A stretch of DNA of 32,000 bases from assembly GCA_000175855.1 (NCBI GenBank), contig ACYB01000019.1, forward strand, positions 1 to 32,000. The letters are read 5' to 3'. Source of the DNA: Raphidiopsis brookii D9 (GTDB taxonomy: Bacteria; Cyanobacteriota; Cyanobacteriia; Cyanobacteriales; Nostocaceae). Positions 1 to 9,317 of this stretch are shown here, one piece after another; position 1 is the stretch's first letter, and each line of letters starts with the position of its first letter. The position numbers and the translations under genes are program-made. The notes beneath the pieces were generated by a model. That model saw only the letters and a list, made by a program, of their open reading frames with translations. It was not told the DNA's origin and did no database searches.

Positions 1-180
1 TCCTGTATTGGTTGACTAAACTTTCTTATCTCTTCCTCAAATTCTATTTCCTCTAAAGGACTCAGGTCTAAGTATGTGTCTACAAATCCTGATATCATTT
101 GCATCTTAGCTGGATTTAATGATAATGATACCAGTAATCTTAAACATTCCGTTTTTACCTTGACTCTATCCTTTGCAGGC
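1..180 (-). pseudogene. Partial remnant of an Rpn/PD-(D/E)XK-type putative transposase/nuclease family protein, runs off the window edge
   Basis: Manual minus-strand translation gives AKDRVKVKTECLRLLVSLSLNPAKMQMISGFVDTYLDLSPLEEIEFEEEIRKFSQPIQ, resembling the C-terminal part of this cyanobacterial family; an in-frame stop lies directly upstream (VYLSTGV* region). Confidence 0.5.
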
Positions 181-201
181 TAAACTCCAGTACTTAAGTA
201 C

Positions 202-1011
202 TTAGTTTCCCCACTTCCATCGGCGCCACAATTTTACCAGGGAGGTAAGCCCGACGCTCCGCAGCACCCCTTTGATTGTCGTCCGCACCGTCCGTGCGCA
301 GTAATAATACCGAGCATATAAATTGTAGCGTTTAAACTCCTTGAGTGCCATCACCACTTCATCAATGCCGCGCTGTTCGTTGCGCCAGGACATACCACCA
401 GCGGAACTCCGCGTCAGCGGAACCCAGTTCAGGTAGCCAATGCGTTTTGTAAAATCTGGCATTCTTGTATCTAAACGCAGTATGAATTCGTAATCCATCG
501 CTACTTTATAGCGGGTGTCATAGCACCCGAACTGCTGATACACATCACGGTGGATAAACATTCCTGGATGATTGTACGGCATCGCGACTTCCACCCGACA
601 CAACAGCGGTGCGCGAATGTTGCTCCCGAATTTGTGATCAGTAAAATACATATCGCCGTGGATGACTAGATAGCTTTCCCCCGCTGCAAAGTGGTTGACC
701 AGCTCAAGAATATTTTCGTTGTACAGCGCGTCATCGCTGTTGAGGATGAGTATGTATTCACCAGAAGCCTTAGCCACGCCTTTGTTGAACGCGTCCGAGA
801 TACCACGGTCCGCCTCGCTGATCACCCGGAGCTTTGCTTCCTTACCGTGCTGTTGGTACAGCGAACGTATTATCTTCACCGTATCATCCGTGCTAAGGTT
901 GTCAATGATGATGTGTTCATAATCATTGAAGCTTTGATGAAGCACCGACTCCACACAAGCGGCAATGCTAGCCGCCGAATTGAAACCTGGAGTAACGATG
1001 GAAAACTTCAT
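202..1011 (-). CDS. Glycosyltransferase family 2 protein
   Basis: ORF 269 aa; MKFSIVTPGFNSAASIAACVESVLHQSFNDYEHIIIDNLSTDDT and ILNSDDALY are GT-A (GT2) signatures. Confidence 0.9.
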   Translation of the reverse strand: MKFSIVTPGFNSAASIAACVESVLHQSFNDYEHIIIDNLSTDDTVKIIRSLYQQHGKEAKLRVISEADRGISDAFNKGVAKASGEYILILNSDDALYNENILELVNHFAAGESYLVIHGDMYFTDHKFGSNIRAPLLCRVEVAMPYNHPGMFIHRDVYQQFGCYDTRYKVAMDYEFILRLDTRMPDFTKRIGYLNWVPLTRSSAGGMSWRNEQRGIDEVVMALKEFKRYNLYARYYYCARTVRTTIKGVLRSVGLTSLVKLWRRWKWGN

Positions 1012-1201
1012 GGGTGGTCGCTACACGTTCTAGTGAAGGTCACAACCCCAATATATCCCCAAATATTTTATTAAGTCAAGTATTTTTCGTCCCATTATCA
1101 AGAAAATAACCTATATCCTTGTCGGGTGACAAGGGTAGCAAAATCTATGCTATCTTGGATTATGCTTTGAGTCGTGACAAAGAAAAATACTTACGCAAGA
1201 A

Positions 1202-2296
1202 GTGAACACACCTCTAATTTCATCATTCCACCAATTACTCATCAATCTATCAGTTATCCTTCCCCAACCAACTGGTATTAGTAACTATGCTGTAAACCTC
1301 ATCCCCTATTTAAAAACCCTCCAACCCACCCTATTAACACCTGACCAGTACCCTCATTTCAACTGCTACCCTATCCCCTCAAATCTCACACCCAGGGATG
1401 GAATGAAAGGACATTTAACCCGTCTGCTGTGGACACAGTTTCAACTGCCAAAAATCTATCAGCACCTTAAATCTGAGCTTATCTTTTCCCCCATCCCCGA
1501 AGCACCACTCTATACTAAGTGTCGCTTCGTCGTCATGTCCCACGATATGATACCCCTGCGCTTCCCCCAACCTTTCTCCGCACTGACACCATACCATCGT
1601 TACTATACTCCCCAGGTATTGAAGCAAGCACAACACATTATTTGTAATTCCCAAGCTACCGCTGATGACATAATTCAATATTATCAAATCCCCAGCAGTA
1701 AAATCACCCCTATCCCCCTTGCTTATGACTCTTCACATTTTCGGTTTCTTGATCTCCCAACCCGTAATTATTTCCTATATGTTGGTCGTCAACACCCTTA
1801 CAAAAATATTCGCCGTCTGATTACTGCATTTTCTGTTTTACCTAGCAGGAATGACTATGAACTCTGGTTGGTTGGACCTACAGATAAACGTTATACCCCT
1901 CTACTGGAAACTCAAGTTGAAACATTGGGAATAAATCATTTAGTTAAATTTCTTGACTATGTGCCTTACAAACAATTGCCTATTATTATTAATCAAGCTT
2001 TGGCTTTAATCTTCCCAAGTCTGTGGGAAGGTTTTGGCTTACCAGTATTAGAAGCTATGGCCTGTGGTACCCCTGTGATTACTTCTAATATTTCTTCCCT
2101 TCCAGAAGTGACGGGAGATGCTGCTATTTTAATTGATCCATACGATATCGAGGAAATTATGGCAGCAATGACAACAATTATTGATGACTCACAAACTAGA
2201 AGACAACTTTCACAACAGGGTCTGAAGCGAGCAGGCGAATTTAGTTGGAAAAAAACTGGAATGGCAACGGTAGAAGTTTTTAAAAACTATATTTAG
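1202..2296 (+). CDS. Glycosyltransferase family 1/4 protein
   Basis: ORF 364 aa; FLYVGRQHPYKNIRRLI and ALALIFPSLWEGFGLPVLEAMACGTPVITSN motifs of GT4-type enzymes. Confidence 0.9.
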   Translation: MNTPLISSFHQLLINLSVILPQPTGISNYAVNLIPYLKTLQPTLLTPDQYPHFNCYPIPSNLTPRDGMKGHLTRLLWTQFQLPKIYQHLKSELIFSPIPEAPLYTKCRFVVMSHDMIPLRFPQPFSALTPYHRYYTPQVLKQAQHIICNSQATADDIIQYYQIPSSKITPIPLAYDSSHFRFLDLPTRNYFLYVGRQHPYKNIRRLITAFSVLPSRNDYELWLVGPTDKRYTPLLETQVETLGINHLVKFLDYVPYKQLPIIINQALALIFPSLWEGFGLPVLEAMACGTPVITSNISSLPEVTGDAAILIDPYDIEEIMAAMTTIIDDSQTRRQLSQQGLKRAGEFSWKKTGMATVEVFKNYI

Positions 2297-2380
2297 GGTT
2301 TTTAACCTCTAGTTATGTGACATTTTACACATAATTGTTATATCAGAATCCATCCTATCATCACTGCTATATAAAACCGG

Positions 2381-3355
2381 TTAACCCATGACCAAACCCT
2401 TGGTCGCTAACCACTCGGGATTAAATATACGCGACTGATAACGAGACCCACTATCACATAAAATAGTCACAATAGTATGTCCTGGACCCAACTCCCTAGC
2501 TAAAGCTACAGCTGCACCAACATTAATCCCTGTTGAACCACCCATCAATAAACCATCTCTTCTTAATAACTGATACACTACTCTCAAAGCTTCCTGATCA
2601 TTAATTTGAATCGCATCATCAATGGGAACACCCTTCATATTCGCTGTAATCCTACTATTACCAATTCCCTCGGTGATGGAATTACCCTCTATACTTATCT
2701 CACCAGTTTTAATATAACTATATAAACCACTACCCAAGGGATCAGCAACCACACATCTAATATTAGAATTCTTTTCTTTTAAGCACATTGCTACCCCAGC
2801 ATAAGTTCCCCCTGTTCCAGTTGCTGCTACCCACCCATCTATTTTACCACCTGTCTGTTGCCAAATTTCCTCCCCCGTGGTCTCGTAATGAGCACAGCGA
2901 TTGGCTAAATTATCAAACTGATTCGCCCAAATGGCATTAGACATTTCCTGAGCTATTCTACCAGACAGTCGGACGTAGTTGTTAGGATCTTTATAGGGCA
3001 CTGCTGGTACTGGACGGACTTCCGCTCCTAATGTTGTCAGCGCGTCTATTTTTTCCTGGGACTGGGTGTTGGGAATAATAATTAAACATTTATAACCTTT
3101 AGCATTACATATATGAGCTAATCCAATCCCTGTATTACCCGCAGTTCCCTCTACCACAGTACCACCAGGTCCTAATAAACCCTTTTTTTCCGCATCTTCA
3201 ATAATGTACAGTGCAGCACGATCTTTCACGGATCCGCCAGGATTGAGGAATTCTGCTTTACCTAAAATTTCACAACCAGTTTCTTCACTAAAGCTGTTTA
3301 GTCTGATTAGTGGAGTGTTGCCAATTGTGCCAATAAATCCTCTTTTAATATCCAT
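2381..3355 (-). CDS. cysK: Cysteine synthase (O-acetylserine sulfhydrylase family)
   Basis: ORF 324 aa; IGNTPLIRL, NPGGSVKDRAA (PLP lysine motif), EGTAGNTGIGLA, ATGTGGTYAGV. Confidence 0.92.
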   Translation of the reverse strand: MDIKRGFIGTIGNTPLIRLNSFSEETGCEILGKAEFLNPGGSVKDRAALYIIEDAEKKGLLGPGGTVVEGTAGNTGIGLAHICNAKGYKCLIIIPNTQSQEKIDALTTLGAEVRPVPAVPYKDPNNYVRLSGRIAQEMSNAIWANQFDNLANRCAHYETTGEEIWQQTGGKIDGWVAATGTGGTYAGVAMCLKEKNSNIRCVVADPLGSGLYSYIKTGEISIEGNSITEGIGNSRITANMKGVPIDDAIQINDQEALRVVYQLLRRDGLLMGGSTGINVGAAVALARELGPGHTIVTILCDSGSRYQSRIFNPEWLATKGLVMG

Positions 3356-3463
3356 GTTAATTAGATTAATTTACTGTTTATAGTTTTGGGTAATTATATT
3401 TTGTTTATTATATACCAGGCGCGCTAGCAAAAGCTTGGCACGCCATTGGGTTCGGTCCAATCT

Positions 3464-4102
3464 CTACCTATTGGGTTGGGGAGTCAACCGTAAATAGGGT
3501 TTGATTTCTTGATAACCCTTGGGAAATTTCTCCTTCAGAACTTCTGGGTCTTTTAGGGATGGTACAATTACGCAATCATCACCGTCTTTCCAGTCTGCTG
3601 GAGTTGCCACACTATAGTTATCAGTTAATTGCAGGGAATCTATCACCCGCAACAGCTCATCAAAGTTACGTCCGGTACTGGGAGGATAGGTGAAGGAAAG
3701 ACGAAGTTTTTTGTTGGGATCAATGACAAATACGGAGCGCACTGTAATATTGGCCGCCGCATTTGGGTGAATCATATCATATAGCTCGGAAACCTTTTTG
3801 TCTGGATCGGCTATAATTGGGTAGTTTAGTGTGGTGCTTTGGGTTTCTTCAATATCCCCCACCCATCCTTGGTGGGATTCCACATCGTCCACACTCAATG
3901 CGATCGCCTTGACGTTACGTTTGTCAAATTCGGGTTTTAATTTAGCAACTGTGCCCAATTCTGTGGTACAAACAGGTGTGTAATCAGCAGGGTGGGAAAA
4001 CAGAACTACCCAGCTGTCACCCGCCCACTCATAGAAGTTGATTTCACCGTGTGTTGATGCTTGTGTAAAGTTTGGTACTGTATCACCAAGATGGAGAGCC
4101 AT
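3464..4102 (-). CDS. 1-Cys peroxiredoxin (Prx6-type)
   Basis: ORF 212 aa; SHPADYTPVCTTELG peroxidatic Cys motif, long C-terminal domain typical of Prx6 family. Confidence 0.92.
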   Translation of the reverse strand: MALHLGDTVPNFTQASTHGEINFYEWAGDSWVVLFSHPADYTPVCTTELGTVAKLKPEFDKRNVKAIALSVDDVESHQGWVGDIEETQSTTLNYPIIADPDKKVSELYDMIHPNAAANITVRSVFVIDPNKKLRLSFTYPPSTGRNFDELLRVIDSLQLTDNYSVATPADWKDGDDCVIVPSLKDPEVLKEKFPKGYQEIKPYLRLTPQPNR

Positions 4103-4306
4103 ACTAGATTCCCTGTAATTAGAAAAGATAATTATTTACCGCCCAACTATAACATAGATGGATCTTTATCCTAAACTGACTTTGCTAGTTGCAACAAATT
4201 TTTACAAACTCCTTACATACCCTATCTCCTTGTGTGGGATTTAATGCTTGCACAGCACCTATAGAGGAACAAACGGGGAAAAACAAAGATACGCCTATCA
4301 TAATTA

Positions 4307-4765
4307 TCATAATCCTAGCCTGATTCCTCTTGCCATCATTGAAGCAAAAAGGGGAATTACACTAAATCCCACAAGCTCTAGACGAATAATAGTTTTGAGC
4401 AGATTGATTTTTTCGGGACTAACTTCTGGGGAATTCTGATTACGGAGATTTTTAATCCACATCAAAAATGAAAAGGTGGGATACAAGGACAATAACCCAA
4501 CCAGGATAAATATGGATATTTTCAACCAGAAAACCGGTTGATGAGTATAGTATGCAGGTCCCTTCTCTAAGTATAAAACTCGGAGAACACCTGTAATTAA
4601 GACAGTAACCCCTGCAATTCCGTAGGCGCTATCAGCTATAAGAACTCGCCATCCTTCTTTATTGGTTAGGTCTGGTTTAAGGGTAAATAGTTCTGTACAT
4701 AAGGAACCAAAGATAATTGCTAAGCTCAAATAGTGCAAATAGGCGACTATCGCGTTAACCAACAT
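4307..4765 (-). CDS. DUF2214-like membrane protein
   Basis: ORF 152 aa with several hydrophobic helices; sequence pattern MLVNAIVAYLHYLSLAIIFGSL...ADSAYGIAG resembles DUF2214. Confidence 0.7.
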   Translation of the reverse strand: MLVNAIVAYLHYLSLAIIFGSLCTELFTLKPDLTNKEGWRVLIADSAYGIAGVTVLITGVLRVLYLEKGPAYYTHQPVFWLKISIFILVGLLSLYPTFSFLMWIKNLRNQNSPEVSPEKINLLKTIIRLELVGFSVIPLFASMMARGIRLGL

Positions 4766-4815
4766 AAGTTCATCCTACTAAATTAAAAAGTTCATAAATT
4801 GCCTGGTTTAGATAC

Positions 4816-5805
4816 TTATTGAGGATAGTCCCAGGAAACAAAGGGGACTGGCACAATTTCTCCTTGAGTTTCTCCCACTTCCACAGTTAAACCCACACCT
4901 CCTGCTTTCGCACGAATATAACCTAACCCAAAGTGTCCTTCAGGAGTTTCTATGTAGCTAGTAAGCTTACCAACTTTTTCCTCCAATATGGTAATTATAG
5001 TTCCCGGTTGTGCACAACTTTTTAGTTTAATTCCCCATAAATGCTGTTTTACCCCTTTGTAAGTATTTAGTCTAGCAATGGTCTCTTGACCAATGTAACA
5101 ACCCTTGTTAAAGGAAACTGTCTGCCAAAGACCAACTTCTAAGGGATTATAATCATCCGTTAGCTCCGCATCAGGAGCGGGACGACCTTGGGAAATCCGC
5201 AACATTTCCCAATGGCGATCGCTCAATTTGACTGCTCCCCAATCTAGGAGTTGCTGCCAAATTTGCTGTTTTTCTGCTCTGGGGAGAATTAGGGTATAAC
5301 CAGGTATAGCTAATCCAGTACCAACAGCAAAAATGATTCCATTGATTGAAATGTGATGGCCATCAGGTTGACTCAGAAGTGATGCTGCACCTAACTTACT
5401 GATTAAGGTATCACTTTCTGGCCCTAGGAGAGTGAATGTTGCTGTTTGGTCGGTTATATCTGTTAGGGTCACCTGGTCTGTGAAAAATATATAACGGTCT
5501 AACCAAGAGAGTAAAAATTCCCGCCGATTGGGTGAGACTAATAATAACACTCTATCTTCTAAGACATATCCAGTCACTAAATCTATGGTTCTAGCTGTGG
5601 AAGTGACCATCACAGTGTCACAGCCACTACCTGGTTGCAAAGATTGAAAGTTGTTAGTGCTTTGATTGTGTAAAAAACGCAATCTATCTTCACCGGTAAC
5701 TTCAATTCTTCCCCAATGGGAGCGATCGCAAATAGCAGTTCTTGTTTTGGCTGCATAAACAGCTGCTCTATCTTCGCTATCAATTAAAGATGTTAACATA
5801 ATCAT
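4816..5805 (-). CDS. YgfZ/GcvT-like folate-binding protein
   Basis: ORF 329 aa; FLHNQSTNN, NKGCYIGQETIARLNTYKGVKQHLWGIKL (K-G-C-Y-x-G-Q-E motif). Confidence 0.88.
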   Translation of the reverse strand: MIMLTSLIDSEDRAAVYAAKTRTAICDRSHWGRIEVTGEDRLRFLHNQSTNNFQSLQPGSGCDTVMVTSTARTIDLVTGYVLEDRVLLLVSPNRREFLLSWLDRYIFFTDQVTLTDITDQTATFTLLGPESDTLISKLGAASLLSQPDGHHISINGIIFAVGTGLAIPGYTLILPRAEKQQIWQQLLDWGAVKLSDRHWEMLRISQGRPAPDAELTDDYNPLEVGLWQTVSFNKGCYIGQETIARLNTYKGVKQHLWGIKLKSCAQPGTIITILEEKVGKLTSYIETPEGHFGLGYIRAKAGGVGLTVEVGETQGEIVPVPFVSWDYPQ

Positions 5806-5862
5806 CCACCTATTTAGTTTTATTGGCTTTGTGCGTTACCGGTTTGTAACGCACAAAAACAA

Positions 5863-6231
5863 CTACTTCCTTTCTGTATTACTACCATCAGTATTGGCAC
5901 CGGATCTATTTTCTTCTCCTTTTACCTTTGATGGCTGCTGATTTTGCAATATCTGATTTTGACGTGCTTTAAAGGCTGCTGCTGCATCCTCTAACTGTTG
6001 ATTTTGCTGATTAGGGTCCCAGTTCAATGGACCGAAGTTCAACCGATGAATGATATTGAACATATCAAGTCCCGAATCATTTGCCAAAGGATTTGTATTA
6101 TCTGGACTATTCAAAGGTTGACTTGTACTAGCAGTATTAGAAAAACTTGGTTGTGGTGCAAATAAACCAATAAAAGCTATTCCCGCACCACAGACCAGCA
6201 AAAGTTTACCCCTCAAAAAGTATTTGTTCAT
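5863..6231 (-). CDS. Hypothetical exported protein
   Basis: ORF 122 aa with N-terminal signal-like segment (KLLLVCGAGIAFIGLFAPQPSFS) and polar Asn/Gln-rich mature region. Confidence 0.6.
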   Translation of the reverse strand: MNKYFLRGKLLLVCGAGIAFIGLFAPQPSFSNTASTSQPLNSPDNTNPLANDSGLDMFNIIHRLNFGPLNWDPNQQNQQLEDAAAAFKARQNQILQNQQPSKVKGEENRSGANTDGSNTERK

Positions 6232-6265
6232 AATTTCCCCTCTGATTTTGTCTGTTTTAACAAGC

Positions 6266-7144
6266 CTAGGCTAAGGTTTTGCGTAGTTGGGGTTGAATGC
6301 TTAATAAAGCCACTATTGCAAATCCCAATAACACTAACAAAGATCCTCCCAAGCTAACATTACCCCAAAACACCTCCATCACCACATCATTTAGTCCCCA
6401 ATTACTATTGAGATATAAATGCCTAATTGGCTCTATGGCATAGCTCAAAGGGTTCAGAGCAACTACAATTTTTAACCATTCTGGCATAAAAGATAATGGA
6501 GCTAAGGCTGTACTAGCAAATAACAGAGGCAAATTTGTTACAAAAATAACTGCTATTAATTCGATATGTCCAGGCAAAGCAAAGGCTAAACCCAGAGAAA
6601 TAGCTGTAACTCCTAGTGCCAGTAAAAATACGATCAAGGCGATCGCCACTAATCCATTAACATCTGGTATTCCTGCTCCTAGTATGGCTGCTGCACCAAC
6701 TATCACTGCTGCTTGAAGTAAACTTTGGCTAATGATAAAAATGGCAGAAGCAAACACAATAGAAAACCGAGAAGCTAAAGGTGCTACCAATAACCGGTTT
6801 AAAAAGCCAAATTCCCGATCAAACATAACCGGTAAACCGGCATTTAAAGCTCCAGCGAATGCGGTAAATACTATCACACCAGCAGCTAAAAATTGTCCGT
6901 AATTGGCAGTAGAACCAAATAAACCCTGGGGGGCATTTTGGAACAATGCGCCGAATAACACTAACCACATCACCGGTTGAATAATACCAGCTATGAGGGT
7001 AGAAGGACGACGCTGTAGTTGAATAAATAGACGACGGGTTAGAGCTAAGGTTTCTTGGGTGATTTCCCCTATAAAACTAGATCGGGTTTGAGAAACCATA
7101 AGGGAGGGAGAAGTAACTGATGGTAAATTGATATCTGTCTTCAT
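6266..7144 (-). CDS. ABC-2 type transporter permease (daunorubicin-resistance DrrB-like)
   Basis: ORF 292 aa; ABC-2 membrane pattern, LFGALFQNAPQG..., YGQFLAAGVIVFTAF, followed downstream in the operon direction from a matching ATPase. Confidence 0.88.
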   Translation of the reverse strand: MKTDINLPSVTSPSLMVSQTRSSFIGEITQETLALTRRLFIQLQRRPSTLIAGIIQPVMWLVLFGALFQNAPQGLFGSTANYGQFLAAGVIVFTAFAGALNAGLPVMFDREFGFLNRLLVAPLASRFSIVFASAIFIISQSLLQAAVIVGAAAILGAGIPDVNGLVAIALIVFLLALGVTAISLGLAFALPGHIELIAVIFVTNLPLLFASTALAPLSFMPEWLKIVVALNPLSYAIEPIRHLYLNSNWGLNDVVMEVFWGNVSLGGSLLVLLGFAIVALLSIQPQLRKTLA

Positions 7145-7227
7145 AATGATTTAGAGGTGGTAACTTTATCGATGAATAGATGAATATATGACGATTCTTA
7201 GATCCCGGGATTAGAAATTTTCCCAAT

Positions 7228-8247
7228 CTATCTCATATTTTGCTTTTTCTCCGCTTTAGGATCACGATTAGCTACCGCTGCTAATTCCGCATCCATTAAT
7301 GTCTTACCAGTAGCAGCCAAGTAAACATCATCTAAACTGGGACGGGATTGGGCAATACCAAAAATTGGTAGACCTACACTACTTAAAGTCTGCTGAATAG
7401 TAATTAAGGCATCCTTTTGGGGGGTAACTACTAAATTCAAAGAATTACCCTGAGCAGAATTAATGATTATTTCCTGCACAAAAGGTAGAGCTGCCAATAA
7501 ATTCTTGGCCTTGTCTACTTCCTCCTGATGTGAAAACTCCCGGATGCGCAAAGTAATGCGATCGCCTCCCACTTGATCTTTTAATTGAGCAGGTGTACCC
7601 GTAGCAATTACCAGACCCTTATCTATAATTGCCAATTTATCTGCCAAAGCATCAATTTCTTCTAAATAGTGACTAGTGATGACTACAGTAGTACCAGCGG
7701 CTCGTAGTTTGCGCAAGAAATCCCAGACTACAATTCGACTTTCTATGTCCAATCCTACCGTTGGCTCATCCAAAACTAACACATCTGGGGAATGTAACAA
7801 CCCAGCTGCTAGATCCAGACGTTTGCGTAAACCACCAGAATAGGTTCCAGTTTTTTGATCTGCATATTCTTGTAAACCAAGCAACTCCAACACCTTACCA
7901 ATCCGTTCCTTGATTGCTGCACCGGGTAGATGATAAAGAGCTGCTTGCAGTTGTAATAGTTCTCTACCTGTTAATATCTTATCTATAGCTACCTCTTGAG
8001 CGACATAACCCAACCTTTGTCGTGCCAATTTAGGATGATCCACAACAGATATGCCCGAAACTTGAATTTTTCCAGCATCCGGGGTAGTCAGAGTACAAAG
8101 AGCGCGGAGAGTAGTTGTTTTACCTGCACCATTGGGACCAAGTAAACCAAAGATTTCTCCCGATTGAACCTCAAAAGAGACGTCTTTGACTGCGACGACC
8201 TTACCGTAGCTTTTCCTTAGATGTTCGATTAAAACGGCTGAAGCCAT
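7228..8247 (-). CDS. ABC transporter ATP-binding protein (DrrA-like); start probably the internal ATG at 8247 rather than the ORF-track start 8304
   Basis: Walker A GPNGAGKTT, signature YSGGLRKRLDLAAGLLHSPDVLVLDEPTVGLD; the 8304 start adds MKLIFSVKWEINCWETYRT, which does not look like part of the family. Confidence 0.9.
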   Translation of the reverse strand: MASAVLIEHLRKSYGKVVAVKDVSFEVQSGEIFGLLGPNGAGKTTTLRALCTLTTPDAGKIQVSGISVVDHPKLARQRLGYVAQEVAIDKILTGRELLQLQAALYHLPGAAIKERIGKVLELLGLQEYADQKTGTYSGGLRKRLDLAAGLLHSPDVLVLDEPTVGLDIESRIVVWDFLRKLRAAGTTVVITSHYLEEIDALADKLAIIDKGLVIATGTPAQLKDQVGGDRITLRIREFSHQEEVDKAKNLLAALPFVQEIIINSAQGNSLNLVVTPQKDALITIQQTLSSVGLPIFGIAQSRPSLDDVYLAATGKTLMDAELAAVANRDPKAEKKQNMR

Positions 8248-8380
8248 AGTCCTATACGTTTCCCAACAATTTATCTCCCATTTTACTGAAAAAATCAGTT
8301 TCACGCCTTGCTATTTCCCGAATGGTTAGTCTTCCACCGAATCTTAAGAAATCTAATACTACATCTAAAATTATCGTTCA

Positions 8381-8399
8381 CTTAACTATTACTTAACCA
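8381..8399 (+). promoter_or_regulatory. Candidate cyanobacterial Pho box upstream of phnC
   Basis: CTTAACTA-tta-CTTAACCA: two 8-nt copies with 3-nt spacing (11-nt period), matching the YTTAACCW-type direct-repeat consensus; a third copy (8403-8410 ACTGTTAA) is poor; ends 50 nt before the phnC ATG. Confidence 0.5.
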
Positions 8400-8449
8400 A
8401 CCACTGTTAATTTAAGGTCAAAGTAGAGTACGAACCAACAACAACCACA

Positions 8450-9235
8450 GTGAGTATCACGATTAACAATGTTTCCAAGAGTTTTAAAGGCAAACTGGCA
8501 CTAAAACAAGTGTCATGTAGCATATACGAGGGAGACATGGTTGCCCTGATTGGTGCATCCGGTTCAGGAAAGTCCACACTCTTGCGGCACATTAATGGCT
8601 TACAAACTGCTGATGCTGGTGAGATCACGATATATGGTACCACCTTGCAAAGTCAGGGAAAACTACATTCAAAAGTTAGACTGTTACGCAGTCGCATTGG
8701 TTGTATTTTCCAGCAGTTTAATCTAGTAAATCGGTTAACAGTAATTGAGAATGTTTTGGTTGGTAACCTGGCCAGAGTGTCTCCTTTACGTTCAACACTA
8801 CATTTGTTTACTAAAGAAGAAAAGACCCAAGCCCTGGCTGCGCTGGAACAGGTCGGGATTATCGAGCATGCTTACAAGCGAGCCTCTACAATTTCGGGAG
8901 GACAACAGCAAAGGGTAGCCATTGCTCGTTGTTTAGTTCAGAGGGCAAAGATTATATTGGCGGATGAACCCATTGCTTCATTAGACCCAGAATCAGCACG
9001 TAAAGTAATGGAGTTGCTGGTACAGCTTAACCGAGATAATGGAATTAGTATAGTAGCCTCTTTGCATCAAATTCAAATGGTAAGAAACTACTTTAGTAGG
9101 GCAATTGCCTTGAAGGATGGAGAAGTAAAATTCGATGGACCAACTGTAGAATTGGATGATAGGAAACTAAACCAAATTTATGGTGCAGCTGTGGAAGAAT
9201 TGGTAATGCGAGGACATAGTGAGGTGTTACTATGA
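8450..9235 (+). CDS. phnC: Phosphonate/phosphite-type ABC transporter ATP-binding protein
   Basis: ORF 261 aa; Walker A GASGSGKSTL, signature ISGGQQQRVAIAR, DEPIASLDP; followed by phnD and phnE. Confidence 0.9.
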   Translation: MSITINNVSKSFKGKLALKQVSCSIYEGDMVALIGASGSGKSTLLRHINGLQTADAGEITIYGTTLQSQGKLHSKVRLLRSRIGCIFQQFNLVNRLTVIENVLVGNLARVSPLRSTLHLFTKEEKTQALAALEQVGIIEHAYKRASTISGGQQQRVAIARCLVQRAKIILADEPIASLDPESARKVMELLVQLNRDNGISIVASLHQIQMVRNYFSRAIALKDGEVKFDGPTVELDDRKLNQIYGAAVEELVMRGHSEVLL

Positions 9236-9317
9236 TTCCTAAAATCGGTTTTTTCCGCATTTAAATCTTGCGCACCACCAGAAAATATCACTTACAAAAC
9301 ATCACTGAGGAATAGTC

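Noticed and set aside
691-1074. Plus-strand ORFs 691..1074 and 695..922
   Set aside because: Antisense to a well-supported GT2 gene; peptides have no protein-like motifs.
4248-4439. 63-aa plus-strand ORF
   Set aside because: Mostly antisense to the DUF2214 gene with low-complexity peptide and no supportable start signals.
6266-8304. Drr-like exporter as self-resistance to an unknown antibiotic
   Set aside because: DrrA/DrrB-type ABC-2 exporters are common in cyanobacteria and no biosynthetic genes flank them.
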